A stretch of DNA of 64,000 nt from Nitrospirota bacterium (GTDB lineage: Bacteria; Nitrospirota; UBA9217). Below the pieces are notes generated by a model. It was not told the origin of the DNA and did no database searches. It saw only the letters and a program-made list of their open reading frames with translations. Numbering within the stretch: the stretch's first letter is position 1; the number at the start of each line of letters is the position of its first letter. Shown here in pieces: positions 39,346-54,140 of the stretch. Position numbers and translations under genes: made by a program. The stretch is from contig CAVUHW010000027.1 of assembly GCA_963741205.1 (NCBI GenBank), forward strand, positions 135,894-199,893. The letters run 5' to 3'.

Positions 39346-40699
39346 ATGAGTCAGGAACTCATTCATGTGATCGACCAGATCAGCAAGGAAAAGGGAATTT
39401 CCAAGGAGATGGTGATCGAGGCCGTCGAGTCGGCGCTCGTGAGCGCGGCCAAGAAGAAATACGGCGCTCAGCGCATCGCGGTGCAGATCGATCCGAAGCG
39501 GGGCGACATCGTCATGTACGCATATAAGAAGGTCGTCCAGGACGTGGCGAACCCCGACGAGGAAATCACGCTGGAAGAGGCGCAGGCGCTCTATCCCGAA
39601 GCGCAGATGGAAGGCGAGGTCCCGCTCCAGGTCGAGTTCCAGGGCTTCGGCAGGATCGCGGCCCAGACCGCCCGCCAGGTCATCGTCCAGAAGGTGCGCG
39701 AGGCCGAACGCGACGTCGTATTCAAGGAGTTCAACGACAAGATAGGCCAACTCGTCAACGGCATCGTGCTCCGTCACGAGAAGGGGGCCTACTACATCGA
39801 CCTTGGCAAGACCGAGGCGGTGCTCCCCGCCCGCGAGCAGGTCCCCCGCGAAAGCTACCGGCGCGGGGACCGCGTCAGGGCCTACGTGATGGAGGTGCGG
39901 GACACTTCGAAAGGCCCCCAGGTCGTGCTCTCACGCGCGCATCCCGATTTTGTGGCCCGATTGTTCGAGATGGAAGTCCCCGAGATCTACGAGAACATCG
40001 TTGTCGTCAAAGGCGTCGTTCGCGAGGCCGGCGACCGGACCAAGATCGCCGTCGCCTCCAAGGAATCCCAGGTGGATCCCGTCGGCGCCTGCGTCGGCAT
40101 GAAGGGGTCCCGCGTCCAGGCCGTGGTCCGAGAACTCAAGGGCGAAAAGATCGATATCATCCCCTGGTCCGAAGATCCCGCGGATCTTTATCGCGAAGGC
40201 CCTGAGCCCTGCCGTCGTGGAAAAGGTCGGCGTGACCGAGGAGGACCGGTCGGCCCTGGCCGTGGTCGCTGATTCCCAGCTCTCCCTGGCCATCGGCAAA
40301 AAAGGCCAGAACGTCAGGCTTGCCGCGAAACTCACGGGCTGGAAGATAGACATCCTGAGCGAATCCGAGTACGACCAGGAACGGCAGAAAGAGCGCGAAC
40401 AGGAGATCGAGGCGGCAATCGTCGAGGAAACGCGCAAGATGGCGGAAGAGACGGAGGCAGCCGAGACCATGGAGGCCCAGGCGGCCGAGAGCGCGGCGGC
40501 AGCGACGCAGGAGGACGCCGGCCTGACGGTCATAGAAGGCGTGGGCGAGAAGACCGCGGAACTGCTCAAAGAGGCGGGCTATGACACCATTGAGAAAATC
40601 GCGGCCATGTCCGACGAAGAGATCCTGGCCGTCCCGGGGATAGGGGCAAAGACCGCGCAAAAGATCATCGTATCGGCGCGGGCGCTGCTGGGCAAGTAA
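39346..40699 (+). CDS. nusA: Transcription factor NusA (frameshift near 40180)
   Basis: [56 protein letters not shown]-terminal HhH. Confidence 0.97.
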
Positions 40700-40767
40700 G
40701 TCGGACTTCAGCGAATAATGACCAAAGGATCGCTGTAGTATTTAGAAGACCGAAAAATTAAGGAACG

Positions 40768-41351
40768 ATGAAACATCAACCGGAAAGAACCTGCATCGGC
40801 TGCCGAGGGGTGTTTAAAAAAAACGAGGTGGTGAGGATCGTTGCCAATCCGGCGGGGATCGTGATCGACTACCGGGAAAAACTGCCGGGCCGCGCGGCCT
40901 ATGTGTGTCCCCGGCGGGAATGCGTCGGCAAAGCTTTCGCGAAAGAGGGTCTCGCGAGGGCGCTTCATCTCAAGGTCCGGACTCCGGACGCGGAGACGTT
41001 TGTCTCCGAGCTTGCAGTCGATGATCAAGGAAAAGATCCGGGCGTTGCTTTCGATCGCGATGAAAGCGGGTAAGACTGCAGCAGGGTATTCGGCGGTGCA
41101 GGACGCCCTGGAAAAAGGGAGAGTGGAACTCCTGCTGTACGCCGCCGATCTTTCCGACGGTACGCGCGGCAAGGTCGATTTCAGCGGCGCTGAATCCCTC
41201 CGCCAGTACTACGCTTTTTACCCGTGACGAGTTGGGCGGCATCTTCGGCCGGGAGCTTGTCGGAGTGGTCGGAATTCTCGATAAGGGGTTCGCCGATGCG
41301 CTCTGGAGCGAGACGCAGAGATTAAAAGGCTTGATAAATATCAGTGACTAG
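40768..41351 (+). CDS. ylxR: YlxR/DUF448 fused to an L7Ae-like domain (frameshifted)
   Basis: PERTCIGCR, GRAAYVC; then LSIAMKAGK..G, AADLS; then TRDELG.IFGR. Confidence 0.85.
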
Positions 41352-41398
41352 AGTAAAATAACGTGATTCTTTAGAACATTTCGGGGGTATGCGATTTT

Positions 41399-44023
<2,625 letters not shown>

Positions 44024-44072
44024 GCGCCTCTGTGCAGTGAGTCTGACACTTCTTTGCTCTCATCCCTATGCT

Positions 44073-44136
44073 GTCATTCCCGTGAAAGTGGGAATCCATT
44101 TGGGAAAATTGGATTCCGGGTCAAGCCCGGAATGGC
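44073..44136. repeat. GTCATTCC(C)G...GGAATCCA-type doublet, copy 3
   Basis: GTCATTCCCGTGAAAGTGGGAATCCA ... TGGATTCCGGGTCAAGCCCGGAATGGC. Confidence 0.85.
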
Positions 44137-44178
44137 ACCGTGAGGAGAGAACTTAATGCTACCGTAGATTATAGAACT

Positions 44179-44460
44179 ATGTTTATCGGTGTCTGCACCA
44201 TCGAACTGCATGTGCCGGAAAGCGGGTCGCTCAAGAACAAGAGACACTCGATCCGCAGCCTGAAAGACAGGGTGCGGAACAAGTTCAACGTCTCCGTCGC
44301 TGAAATCGAGGATAACGACCTGTGGCAGAAAGCGACGCTTGCCGTGGCCGCAGTGAGCAACGACAAGGCCTACCTGAACCAGACGCTGGATCATGTCTTG
44401 AACATGGTCCGCGGCGTTCCTGAAGTCGATCTACTGGATTATCAAATCGAGATATTTTAG
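44179..44460 (+). CDS. DUF503 (YlxP) protein
   Basis: SLKNKR, KFNVSVAE, DLWQ; position between infB and rbfA. Confidence 0.9.
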   Translation: MFIGVCTIELHVPESGSLKNKRHSIRSLKDRVRNKFNVSVAEIEDNDLWQKATLAVAAVSNDKAYLNQTLDHVLNMVRGVPEVDLLDYQIEIF

Positions 44461-44463
44461 AGG

Positions 44464-44557
44464 CAGGAGACAGAATTAAGGAGTCAGAAGTCAGGAGAAG
44501 GTCCCATTGAGGCTCGTCGTTACTTCTGATTCCTGTCTCCCGACTTCTGACTCCTGA
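44464..44557. repeat. CAG(G/A)AGT heptamer inverted doublet
   Basis: CAGGAGACAGAATTAAGGAGTCAGAAGTCAGGAG / TTCTGATTCCTGTCTCCCGACTTCTGACTCCTG. Confidence 0.75.
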
Positions 44558-44566
44558 TTTTACCCC

Positions 44567-44941
44567 ATGTCCAAACCGACATTTAAAAGATCAGAGCGTG
44601 TCAGCGACCAGATGAAGCACGAGATCGCCGACATCCTCATGCGCAAGATCAAGGACCCCCGGATCGGTTTTGTTACGGTGACCGATGTCGAGGTGGCCGA
44701 TGACCTGAGAAACGCCAAGGTGTTCGTGAGCGTCTACGGCGGAGACAAAGAGGAGACCCTCAAGGGCTTAAAGAGCGCCACGGCTTTTATCAGGCTGGAG
44801 CTCGGGAGAAGAATGAGGATGAGGTTCATTCCGGAACTGCTCTTCCGCTTTGACGCCACGGTGGAGCAGGGCGCGCACATCATGGAACTGCTGCACGAGA
44901 TAGAAGAGGACAAGGGGAAAAAGGACCCGACCGATGAGTGA
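44567..44941 (+). CDS. rbfA: Ribosome-binding factor A
   Basis: IKDPRIGFVTVT, DLRNAKVFV, MRFIPEL.F. Confidence 0.96.
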   Translation: MSKPTFKRSERVSDQMKHEIADILMRKIKDPRIGFVTVTDVEVADDLRNAKVFVSVYGGDKEETLKGLKSATAFIRLELGRRMRMRFIPELLFRFDATVEQGAHIMELLHEIEEDKGKKDPTDE

Positions 44942-45926
44942 TCCTGGAAGCATCATCGAGGCGTTGGAACCCTGCAAGACGATACTGATTTCCGTTCACA
45001 CGAAATCCCGACGGAGACGCGCTCGGTTCCCAACTCGCGCTCATGCTGGCGCTCGAAAAAATGCGGAAGACCGTCACCGCGCATAATCTCGACCCGGTGC
45101 CCGAGGTCTACCGCTTTTTGCCCCATGCGGACCGGATTACGTCGGGGCGCCCCGTCGCGGGGAACTATGACGCCTATGTCGTGCTTGACAGCGATCCGCA
45201 GCGCGCCGGTCTCTTCGACGGGACCTGGCCCGCTCATACCCTCATCAACATTGACCACCATATGACCAATGCCCGGGCATGGCAGCTCACCTGGCTCGAT
45301 GCGGACGCGTCCGCGACGCGGGGAAATGATCTACAAGCTCGTACGGCAACTCGGCGTTCCGATCGACCGCGACATGGCGCTCTGCCTCTTTACGTCTATC
45401 TTCACCGATACGGGGTCCTTCCGGTATACAAACACCACACCGGAAAGCATGCGGATCTCGGCCGACCTGTTGGAAGCAGGCGCCGATCCCTGGCTTGTGA
45501 CGGAAAACGTTTACGAATCTTTCGCCTTTCGCCGCATCAAACTCCTCGGCATAGTCCTTTCTTCCCTGGAGCGCAGCGCGGACGGCAGGATCGCCTGGGT
45601 CGTCGTGACCGATGAGCTCTACCGCCAGGACCGGCACCATGGCCGCCGACACCGAAAATTTCATCAATTTCGTGCGGTCCGTCAAGGGCGTGGAGGTCGC
45701 CGTCCTGCTCAGACAGATCGCGGAGAAGCAATATAAGATCAGCTTGCGCTCCAAGGGACGCGTCGATCTGTCGGCGCTGGCCCAATCATTCGGCGGCGGC
45801 GGGCACAGGAACGCCGCCGGAGGCTTAATGTCCGGGTCGCTCGAAGAGGTTACGAACAAGGTGATCGGCGAGGTCGATAAAACCATCAGTGCGCAGCTCG
45901 GCAGCGGGAAGCCTGTCCCGGCCTGA
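44934..45926 (+). CDS. nrnA: DHH/DHHA1 nanoRNase NrnA (frameshifted)
   Basis: [31 protein letters not shown]. Confidence 0.92.
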
Positions 45927-46817
45927 TGGACGGCATCGTCAATATCAATAAGCCTTCGGGCATGACCTCGCATGATGTCGTGCTGCGTGCGCGCCGGATC
46001 CTCGGGGAAAAACGGATCGGCCACACGGGCACCCTCGATCCGCTTGCAACGGGCGTTCTCGTGCTCTTAATCGGCAGGGCCACGCGGATCGCGCAATATC
46101 TTGAAGCGGGCGAAAAAGAATATCGTGCCGTCATGCGGCTCGGGGTGACCACCGATACCCTCGATGCCGAAGGGCGCGTACTGGAAACGAGAACCTATGC
46201 GCCACCCGATCGCGGGCGAGCTGGTCCGTGTTATACAGCGGTTCACGGGAGCGATTCTCCAGAGTCCTCCCGCATTTTCCGCGGTAAAAATCGGCGGCAC
46301 GCCTTCCTACAAGCTTGCGCGGCAGGGGAAGGCAAAACCGAATGAGCCGAGGCAGGTGACGATCCATTCTGTCGAATTGACGGCCTATGAAGACCCGCTC
46401 GTGGGCCTTGCGGTACGGTGCTCCAAAGGGGTGTATATCCGGTCCCTGTGCGCTGATATCGGAGACGCGCTCGGCATGGGCGCGCATGTTACCAGCCTTC
46501 AGAGAACGCGTTCAGGCCGTTTCTTCCTTGATCGGGCCATTACGCTCGAACAGATGCAGGCCCTCGCAGCAGTGGGCGATGCCGGTCGGGCCGTCCTGCC
46601 GATGGATGAAGGGCTGGCAGACTTTCCCGCTGTATCGCTTACGGAAGCGGAGACGTTCCGGATTGCTCACGGGAATCGGCTGACCGGTTCCGCATCGGCT
46701 TCAAACATGCCAAGCGGCATGATACGGCTTCACGATCCCTCGGGCAGGCTCTTGGGTCTTGCGCGGCTTAACGAGGGCATCGTCAGGCCGGAACTGGTGT
46801 TTTCCTGCGATGCGTGA
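45926..46817 (+). CDS. truB: tRNA pseudouridine(55) synthase (frameshift near 46210)
   Basis: [35 protein letters not shown]. Confidence 0.96.
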
Positions 46818-46895
46818 ATAAATTGCTTTACAACATGCTGAAAATATGATATTTTGCTTCGCTGTAGAATCGTTAGAAGAAAGGAGGGTGCGGTT

Positions 46896-47159
46896 ATGGA
46901 TAAAGAGCAGAAAACCAGTGTGATCAGTACCTATCGCAGGCACGCAACGGACACGGGTTCTCCGGAAGTACAGATCGCGCTTTTAAGCGGGCGCATCAGT
47001 CACTTGACGGAACACCTGCAGGCTCACAAGCATGACCACCATTCACGGAGAGGCCTCCTGAAAATGGTCGGTCAGCGTCGTCGCCATCTGGACTACTTGA
47101 AGAAAAACGATCTGGACCGTTACCGTCAGGTCATTGACCAGCTCGGTATACGAAAATAA
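46896..47159 (+). CDS. rpsO: 30S ribosomal protein S15
   Basis: [24 protein letters not shown]. Confidence 0.98.
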   Translation: MDKEQKTSVISTYRRHATDTGSPEVQIALLSGRISHLTEHLQAHKHDHHSRRGLLKMVGQRRRHLDYLKKNDLDRYRQVIDQLGIRK

Positions 47160-47252
47160 CATAACGTATTGATCACCCCCCTCTGTCGCTCCTCCCCCGT
47201 CGCGGAGGAGGAGCGAAGGAAAGGGGCATATTCAGCGGAAAAGTGAGGTTTC

Positions 47253-49350
47253 ATGGTAACGACTGTGGAAACAGAAATAGGCGGTAAACGGTTGACCCTG
47301 GAAACGGGGTTAATGGCCAAGCAGGCAAGCGGCGCCGTCGTAGCCAGGTACGGCGATACGGTCGTCCTGTCAGCGTCCGTTGCCTCGAAGGTCGAGCGGG
47401 AGAATGTCGATTTTCTTCCGCTCACCGTGGACTATCAGGAAAAGGCCTATGCCGCCGGAAGAATACCGGGCGGATTTTTTAAGCGCGAGGGAAGGCAGAC
47501 CGAAAAGGAGATTCTTTCATCGCGCCTCATCGACCGGCCGATCAGGCCCTTGTTCCCGGATGGATATTACTACGATACGCAGATCATCGCGTCGGTACTC
47601 TCGATCGGCGATGAAAGCTCCATGGACCTCCTGGGCATGATCGCGTCCTCGGCGGCCCTCTCCATATCCGATATCCCCTTCCGGGGGCCTATCGGCGCCG
47701 TGCGGATCGGCTTTATCGACGACAAGTTCGTCATCAATCCCGGCCAGAAGGAACTCGAGTCTACTCGACTTAACCTGGTCGTTGCAGGCACTGCCGACGC
47801 CATCATGATGGTGGAGGGGGGCGCGAACGAGCTGTCCGAAGACCAGATGCTCGAGGCGCTGGAAACCGCCCATCGGGAAATCAAGAAGATCGTATCGCTT
47901 CAGAACGATCTCGTCGCAAAAGTCGGAAAACCCAAGCGTCCGGTAAAGGCCGTCGAGATCGACAAGGACCTCGCGGCTCAGGTTGCCACGCTGGCCATGG
48001 ACCGTTTGCTGACCGCCATCGTCATTCCGAACAAGATGGAGCGTCAGAAGACCCTCGATGTCCTGCTCGACGAGATCAAGCAGAAGCTGAAGAAGGAAGA
48101 CGATCCCACGCGGGCCCGTCAGATATCGACGATATTCCTCAACCTGGAAAAGGACGAGGTCAGGAAAATCATCCTGGAGAAGAACATCCGCGCAGACGGG
48201 CGAAGGCCCGATGAGATCAGGCCGATCAGCTGCTCCGTGGGGCTGCTTCCCCGGACACACGGCTCTGCGCTCTTTACCCGCGGCGAGACGCAGGCCCTTG
48301 CTGTTGCCACGCTCGGGACGTCCGAAGACGAGCAGCGGATCGATTCGCTGGAAGGCGAGTATTTTAAGACCTTCATGCTGCACTATAATTTCCCGCCCTT
48401 CAGCGTCGGCGAGACCAAGCCGCTTCGCGGGCCGGGGAGGCGGGAAGTAGGGCACGGTGCGCTCGCGGAACGCGCCTTGAAAGCGATGGTACCGACCAAA
48501 CTGGAATTCCCTTACACGATCAGGCTCGTGTCCGACATCCTGGAATCAAACGGATCGTCCTCCATGGCAACGGTCTGCGGCGGTACCCTGGCGCTCATGG
48601 ATGCGGGTGTGCCGATCAAAGCGCCGGTCGCGGGCATCGCCATGGGCCTCATCAAGGAAGGGGATAAGGTCATCGTCCTTTCCGACATCCTCGGCCTCGA
48701 AGACCACCTGGGCGATATGGACTTCAAGGTAACCGGGACGAGCAAAGGGATCACGGCGCTTCAGATGGACATGAAGATCGAGGGCATCACTATCGAGGTC
48801 ATGCGCACGGCCCTCCAGCAGGCAAAAGACGGCAGATTGCACATCCTCGGGAAAATGCTCGAAGACCCTGGCCGCACCCCGCAAGACGCTCAACCCCTAT
48901 GCGCCCCGGATCATCACCATGCAGATCAACCCGGACAAGATCAAGGACGTGATCGGGAGCGGCGGCAAGGTCATCCGCAGCATCGTGGAGCAGACCGGGG
49001 CCAAGATCGACATCGAGGACAGCGGGATCATCAACATCGCATCGTCCGACGAAGCAGCGGCCAACAAAGCCAAGGAGATCATCCGTGGCATCGTGCAGGA
49101 TGCAGAAGTCGGCAAGCTCTACATGGGTAAGGTAAGAAAGATCATGGACTTCGGCGCCTTTGTCGAGATATTCCCGGGCACCGACGGACTGCTCCATATC
49201 TCGCAGATTTCCGACCAGCGGATCGAGAAAGTCACCGACGCGCTCAAGGAAGGCGACGAGGTCCTCGTCAAAGTCCTCGAGATCGACCGGCAGGGAAAAA
49301 TCCGGCTGTCGCATAAGGAAGCGATGCGGGACAAGGAAAGATCGAAATAG
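47253..49350 (+). CDS. pnp: Polyribonucleotide nucleotidyltransferase (frameshift near 48865)
   Basis: [38 protein letters not shown]; KH and S1 domains in ORF 48919..49350. Confidence 0.98.
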
Positions 49351-49382
49351 CGCAACGAATTGACAGCAGGTAAACAACGGAG

Positions 49383-49425
49383 AGGAAATAGGGGATCTTG
49401 TCAGCAAGCCTATTTCCTTTTTTGT
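49383..49425 (+). terminator. Intrinsic terminator after pnp
   Basis: AGGAAATAGG ... CCTATTTCCT followed by a T-run. Confidence 0.65.
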
Positions 49426-49451
49426 TTTCGTGATTTTCGACGGGAGGAAGC

Positions 49452-50686
49452 GTGCACCGATACGATGTGGCTGTCGCAGATGCCGGACTCGGAGGACTTG
49501 CCGCTGCCGCGCTTTTGAGCGCCAGGGGCAAGAAGGTGATGTTGAGTACTCCGCAGGCATCCCTGGCCGAAGCCCTGGGAACAACGGCCGCAGACGGATT
49601 CCTGTTCTCATCAGGCCCCGCGCTCCTGCATGGTTTTGAACCGGGCGGCGCATTCCAGCAGCTTTTCCAAGACTCGGGCATCGATGATATTGAGCCTGCT
49701 CATGCCGCTGTTTACCAGGTGGCGCTTCCGGACAGGAGGATCACCATCTCCCCGAATCAGGAAGAAACAAATGAAGAGCTCCGAAGGGAGTTTCCCGGGG
49801 AAATCGATGCGATTGCAAGATTCTTCAGGGACCTGAAGAAGGAATCGGACCGGAGCTCTCAAAACCGCATCGCAGCCTTCTTCTCACGGCGCAGGTCCGC
49901 GGCAAACTTCATCCGTAAATACGGCTTCAGCAACGGCCTCATGACCTTTTTCGACGTGCAATCCCTTTATTTTTTTCAGCAGCCCTGCGCCGAACTTTCT
50001 CTGGCATCGCTGATTACCCTCTGCACCCGCCGGCCTTCCGCCATTACCGGAGGATACCGGAAGCTTGCCGAACAGCTTGCTCAAGTGATTATCCGGAAGG
50101 AAGGGGAGGTCCTATTGAACGAGCCGTCTCGGGAAATTGTGGTTCAACGTGATAGTGCGAAAGGCATCATGACAGCCCAGGGGGCCGTCGACACAGGAAA
50201 GGTCCTGCTCTGTACTTCCGAATAAAAGCCATCCCTCCTTCTTCCTCGGCATCAGAGATGAGGTCGTGCCCGTCGGCATGGCTCGTGACGTGCTGTATCT
50301 CCCGGATTATGCGCGTCCGCGAGATTTTCTTGCCTGTTCGCTGAGCGCAAAGGATGACCTTGCAGCTGCACCCCAAGGCATGCGCGCGCTTGCCGTCACG
50401 TTCCCCGTCGTCAACGGACCAAACAGCACGATCCAAACACATTGATAGAGAAGGTATCCGGCCTCGTTCCCTTTTTAAAGAACTTTATCGTGTTGATATC
50501 GGACCCCAGCGCTTCCGAAACGTCCTCCGTTCTCCCAGGTCTGTCGTTCAAACCCCTGCGTCCGAAAGAAAGCGAGCCTCTTCTCTTCAAGGCGTCAAGA
50601 AAAATGTGTATCTTCTTCACGAGGCGAGACATGCGCCACTCCAGGTGATACCTGCAGCAAGAAGATTTGTTGAGCACGTATCGTAG
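49452..50686 (+). CDS. Phytoene-dehydrogenase-like FAD-dependent oxidoreductase (divergent, frameshifted)
   Basis: YDVAV.DAGLGGLAAAALL, YQVALPD.R, L.REFP, GG...LAE.L; continues in other frames to ~50686. Confidence 0.65.
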
Positions 50687-50831
50687 TGCTGCATTGGTAT
50701 CAGGAAATAACATCCCTTCGAGCCCTATCCGTAATACTGATCCACCTTACCCTTTAATACCCCCGTGTGATATAGTTATTGATAGAATACGTTATTGGAA
50801 GTGTGGAATTATAAAAATCAGGAGGAACCCC

Positions 50832-51350
50832 ATGAACCAACCGAGCACACCGGTATCTGTGCGCGCAATACTCTTGGTACTAATGCTTATTCTCTCCGCA
50901 TGCAAGGGATCAAGTTCAGAAACGACGCCTCCGAGTACTCAGCCCACTTCGGCCGTGGTGAAGCTTTCTTCCGTGGGCACACTTCCCACAGGAACGAAGA
51001 TCGGCACGATCGATGTTACCTTAACCCTTGCCCCGGGGGTTACTCTCAAGAGTACAACGAATCCCCCGGAAACCGATTCAGGTGTGGTCACAGCGTCCGG
51101 CGTAGCAACCGGTTCTTTGATCGACGCAAATTATTCTGCGCCGACTAGCACACTGCCGGGAAAGGTACGCATCGCTTTGGTCAGCCTCGGATTCTCTACA
51201 GGAGAGTTTGCCACAGTCAACGGCGATATCGCCACGAATAGTAATCCGACGGCGGCAGACTTCAGCGTGTCCAATTTTTCCGTGAATGACGAAACGACTG
51301 CAAGTCCTATTTCCGGACTGACCCCGGCGGTTGCTGTTGATATTCGATAG
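50832..51350 (+). CDS. Hypothetical lipoprotein, Ser/Thr-rich with a cohesin-like beta domain
   Basis: RBS AGGAGG; lipobox LSAC; alternating beta-strand pattern. Confidence 0.7.
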   Translation: MNQPSTPVSVRAILLVLMLILSACKGSSSETTPPSTQPTSAVVKLSSVGTLPTGTKIGTIDVTLTLAPGVTLKSTTNPPETDSGVVTASGVATGSLIDANYSAPTSTLPGKVRIALVSLGFSTGEFATVNGDIATNSNPTAADFSVSNFSVNDETTASPISGLTPAVAVDIR

Positions 51351-51380
51351 AAAATTGAAGGACAAATTAGGCAGGTATTA

Positions 51381-51412
51381 AAAAAGCCGTTGCACAGTGT
51401 GCAACGGCTTTT
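51381..51412. terminator. Bidirectional intrinsic terminator
   Basis: AAAAGCCGTTGCAC-loop-GTGCAACGGCTTTT between convergent genes. Confidence 0.85.
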
Positions 51413-51430
51413 ACGTCACGAGAGATTTTT

Positions 51431-53876
51431 TCACACCCTGGCCAATAGGCCGGATTCTTCTTCCTGGAATGCAACGACGCCGTTCTTGAGCGTCACCAGC
51501 ACCTTCTGCACATCCTTAAACCGTCCCCGGAGAATGTCCTCGGAAAGAGGGTCTGCGATATATTTCTGGACGGCCCGGCGCATCGGTCTGGCGCCATAGG
51601 TGGGCTGGAAATTTTCGCGGATGAGCCATTCCTTCACTTCCGCCGATACTTCGAGGGCGATGCTCCGGTCGGTGATCATATGGGCGTTTAACTCGCCGAC
51701 CAGCATGTCCACGATCTTCACGAGATGGTCCTGCGTAAGGGGATGGAAGACGACCACCTCATCGATTCTGTTCAGAAACTCCGGATTGAACGCCCTCTTC
51801 AACTCCGATATTACATTGTCCTTCATCTTCTCGTACTGGGTCTTGGAGCTGTCCTGCTGGAAGCCGAGGGTAGTATCCTTGTCGATCATCCTGGCGCCGA
51901 GGTTCGACGTCATGATGATAACGGTGTTCCGGAAGTCCACTCTCCTGCCGAAGCTGTCCGTCATGAACCCGTCATCGAGCACCTGGAGCAGCATGTTGAA
52001 GATGTCCGGATGGGCCTTCTCGATCTCGTCGAAGAGCACGACCGAATAGGGCCTGCGCCTGATCTTTTCCGTCAACTGCCCGCCGTCGTCATACCCCACG
52101 TAGCCGGGAGGAGAGCCGACGAGCCGCGAGGAACTGAACTTTTCCATGTATTCCGACATGTCTACGCGAATGAGAGCGTCTTCGGTGTCGAAGAGGAACG
52201 AGGCCAGAGTCCGCGCCAGCTCGGTCTTGCCGACGCCGGTGGGGCCCAGGAAGATGAACGAGCCGATAGGCTGTTTGCGCGTCTTGAGGCCGACGCGGGA
52301 GCGGCGGATGGCGCGTGAAACGGCATCAATGGCCACATCCTGGCCCACAATCCGCTTGTGCAGCTCCTCCTCCATGCGGAGAAGGCGGGAGGCTTCCTTT
52401 TCCTCGAGCCGGGAGAGGGGAATGCCGGTGATGTGGGAAACGATCGCGGCAACGTCTTCTTCGCCGATCACGGGAAGGTTTTTTTCCTGGTTGTCCTTCC
52501 AGTCTTTGTGGATGCCGTCGAGCGATTCGCGAAGCCGGTCTTCCTCTTCATGGATGGACTCCACCCGGACGTAATCCTTGATCCGCGAAAAGAGGTTCTT
52601 CTCCTGTTCGAGCTTTTTCAGCTTTTTCTCGATGGTCTTCATCTCGGCCGGATAGGTATACCGGTTCGAGCTTGGCCTTGGCGCCCGCTTCATCGATGAC
52701 GTCGATGGCCTTATCCGGAAGGAACCGGTCGGTGATATAGCGGTCCGAAAGACGCGCGGCCGATTTAATGGCCTCATCGGTGATCTTGATCTTGTGGTGC
52801 GCTTCGTACTTCGACCGGAGGCCCTTTGATGATATTGATCGTCTCTTCCATGCTCGGCGGTTGAACGATAGATGGGCTGGAAACGGCGTTTGAGCGCGCC
52901 GTCCTTTTCGATATGCTTCCTGAATTCATCGAGCGTCGTGGCGCCGATGCACTGGATCTCGCCGCGCGCGAGGGCCGGTTTCAGCATGCTCGAGGCGTCG
53001 ATCGATCCTTCGGCCGCTCCCGCTCCGACGAGCGTGTGCAGTTCGTCGATAAACAGGATGATGTTCTCCGCCTGCACGATCTCCTTCATGACGATCTTGA
53101 GACGCTCCTCGAACTGTCCGCGGTACTTCGTCCCCGCGATGAGCGAGCCGAGGTCGAGCGATACGACGCGCCGGTTCATGATGTTCTCGGGGACGTCGCT
53201 GTTGATGATGCGCTGCGCGAGCCCTTCGACGATCGCGGTCTTTCCGATGCCGGGCTCGCCGATGATGACGGGATTGTTCTTTGTCCTTCGCGACAGGATC
53301 TGCAGGACGCGGTCGATCTCCTGATCGCGCCCGATCACCGGGTCAAGCTTGCCGCTCTTCGCGAGCTGCGTCAGGTCCCTGCTGAATTCGTCGAGAGCGG
53401 GGGTGGGGCTCTTCTTCGCGCTGACCTGGGTTGCGGCGCGGCGGAGATAATTGATGACCAACTGCCGGGACCCGAGGAGGTTCACGCCGAAACTGCGAAG
53501 GATCTTGCCGCCGATGCCTTCTTCTTCGCGGATGAGCCCGAGGAGCAAGATGTTCGCTTCCGATATAGTTGTGTCCGAGGAGCCTCGCTTCTTCGACAGC
53601 GTATTCGAGGACTTTCTTGGCGCGGGGAGTAAAGGGGATGTCGCCGAAGGTGAGGGTGTTACCGCTTGAGGGCAGGTTCCGTTCGACCTCCATGCGGATC
53701 TGATCGACATCGATCCCCATCTTGCGGAGCACCGCGACCGGAATGCCGTCCTCTTCGCGGAGCGTTCCGAGCAGGATGTGTTCTGTGCCCAGGTAATCGT
53801 TCTGCAGCCGCTCCGCCTCTTCACGTGCGTAGACGATTACTTTTCTTCCTCGTTCCGTAAATTTTTCAAACATCAT
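51431..53876 (-). CDS. clpC: ClpC-type ATP-dependent Clp protease ATPase (frameshifted)
   Basis: [47 protein letters not shown]. Confidence 0.95.
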
Positions 53877-53937
53877 ATCCTGGTAACCGCCTTCAAACAT
53901 TCAGATGAAATCCGTTTACCTGTATGCCTTTGAATAA

Positions 53938-53967
53938 AATATACTCCAATCCGCACGTTAAAGTCAA
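53938..53967 (-). promoter_or_regulatory. Putative clpC promoter
   Basis: TTGACT-N18-TATATT on the minus strand. Confidence 0.45.
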
Positions 53968-54140
53968 GAACCCTTTTGCCGCAGCGTCTCGCATGTTTCA
54001 TGCAGTGCTGTCATGTTAGACAAGCGCTGCGAAGGACATCAATCACGCTAAATTGACCCTTGACTCAATCTTTGCTTTGCGTTAGACTCCGGCAGTTCAA
54101 ATCGTCCAAGAAGATATCGCGAAGGAGACGAACCGCATTG

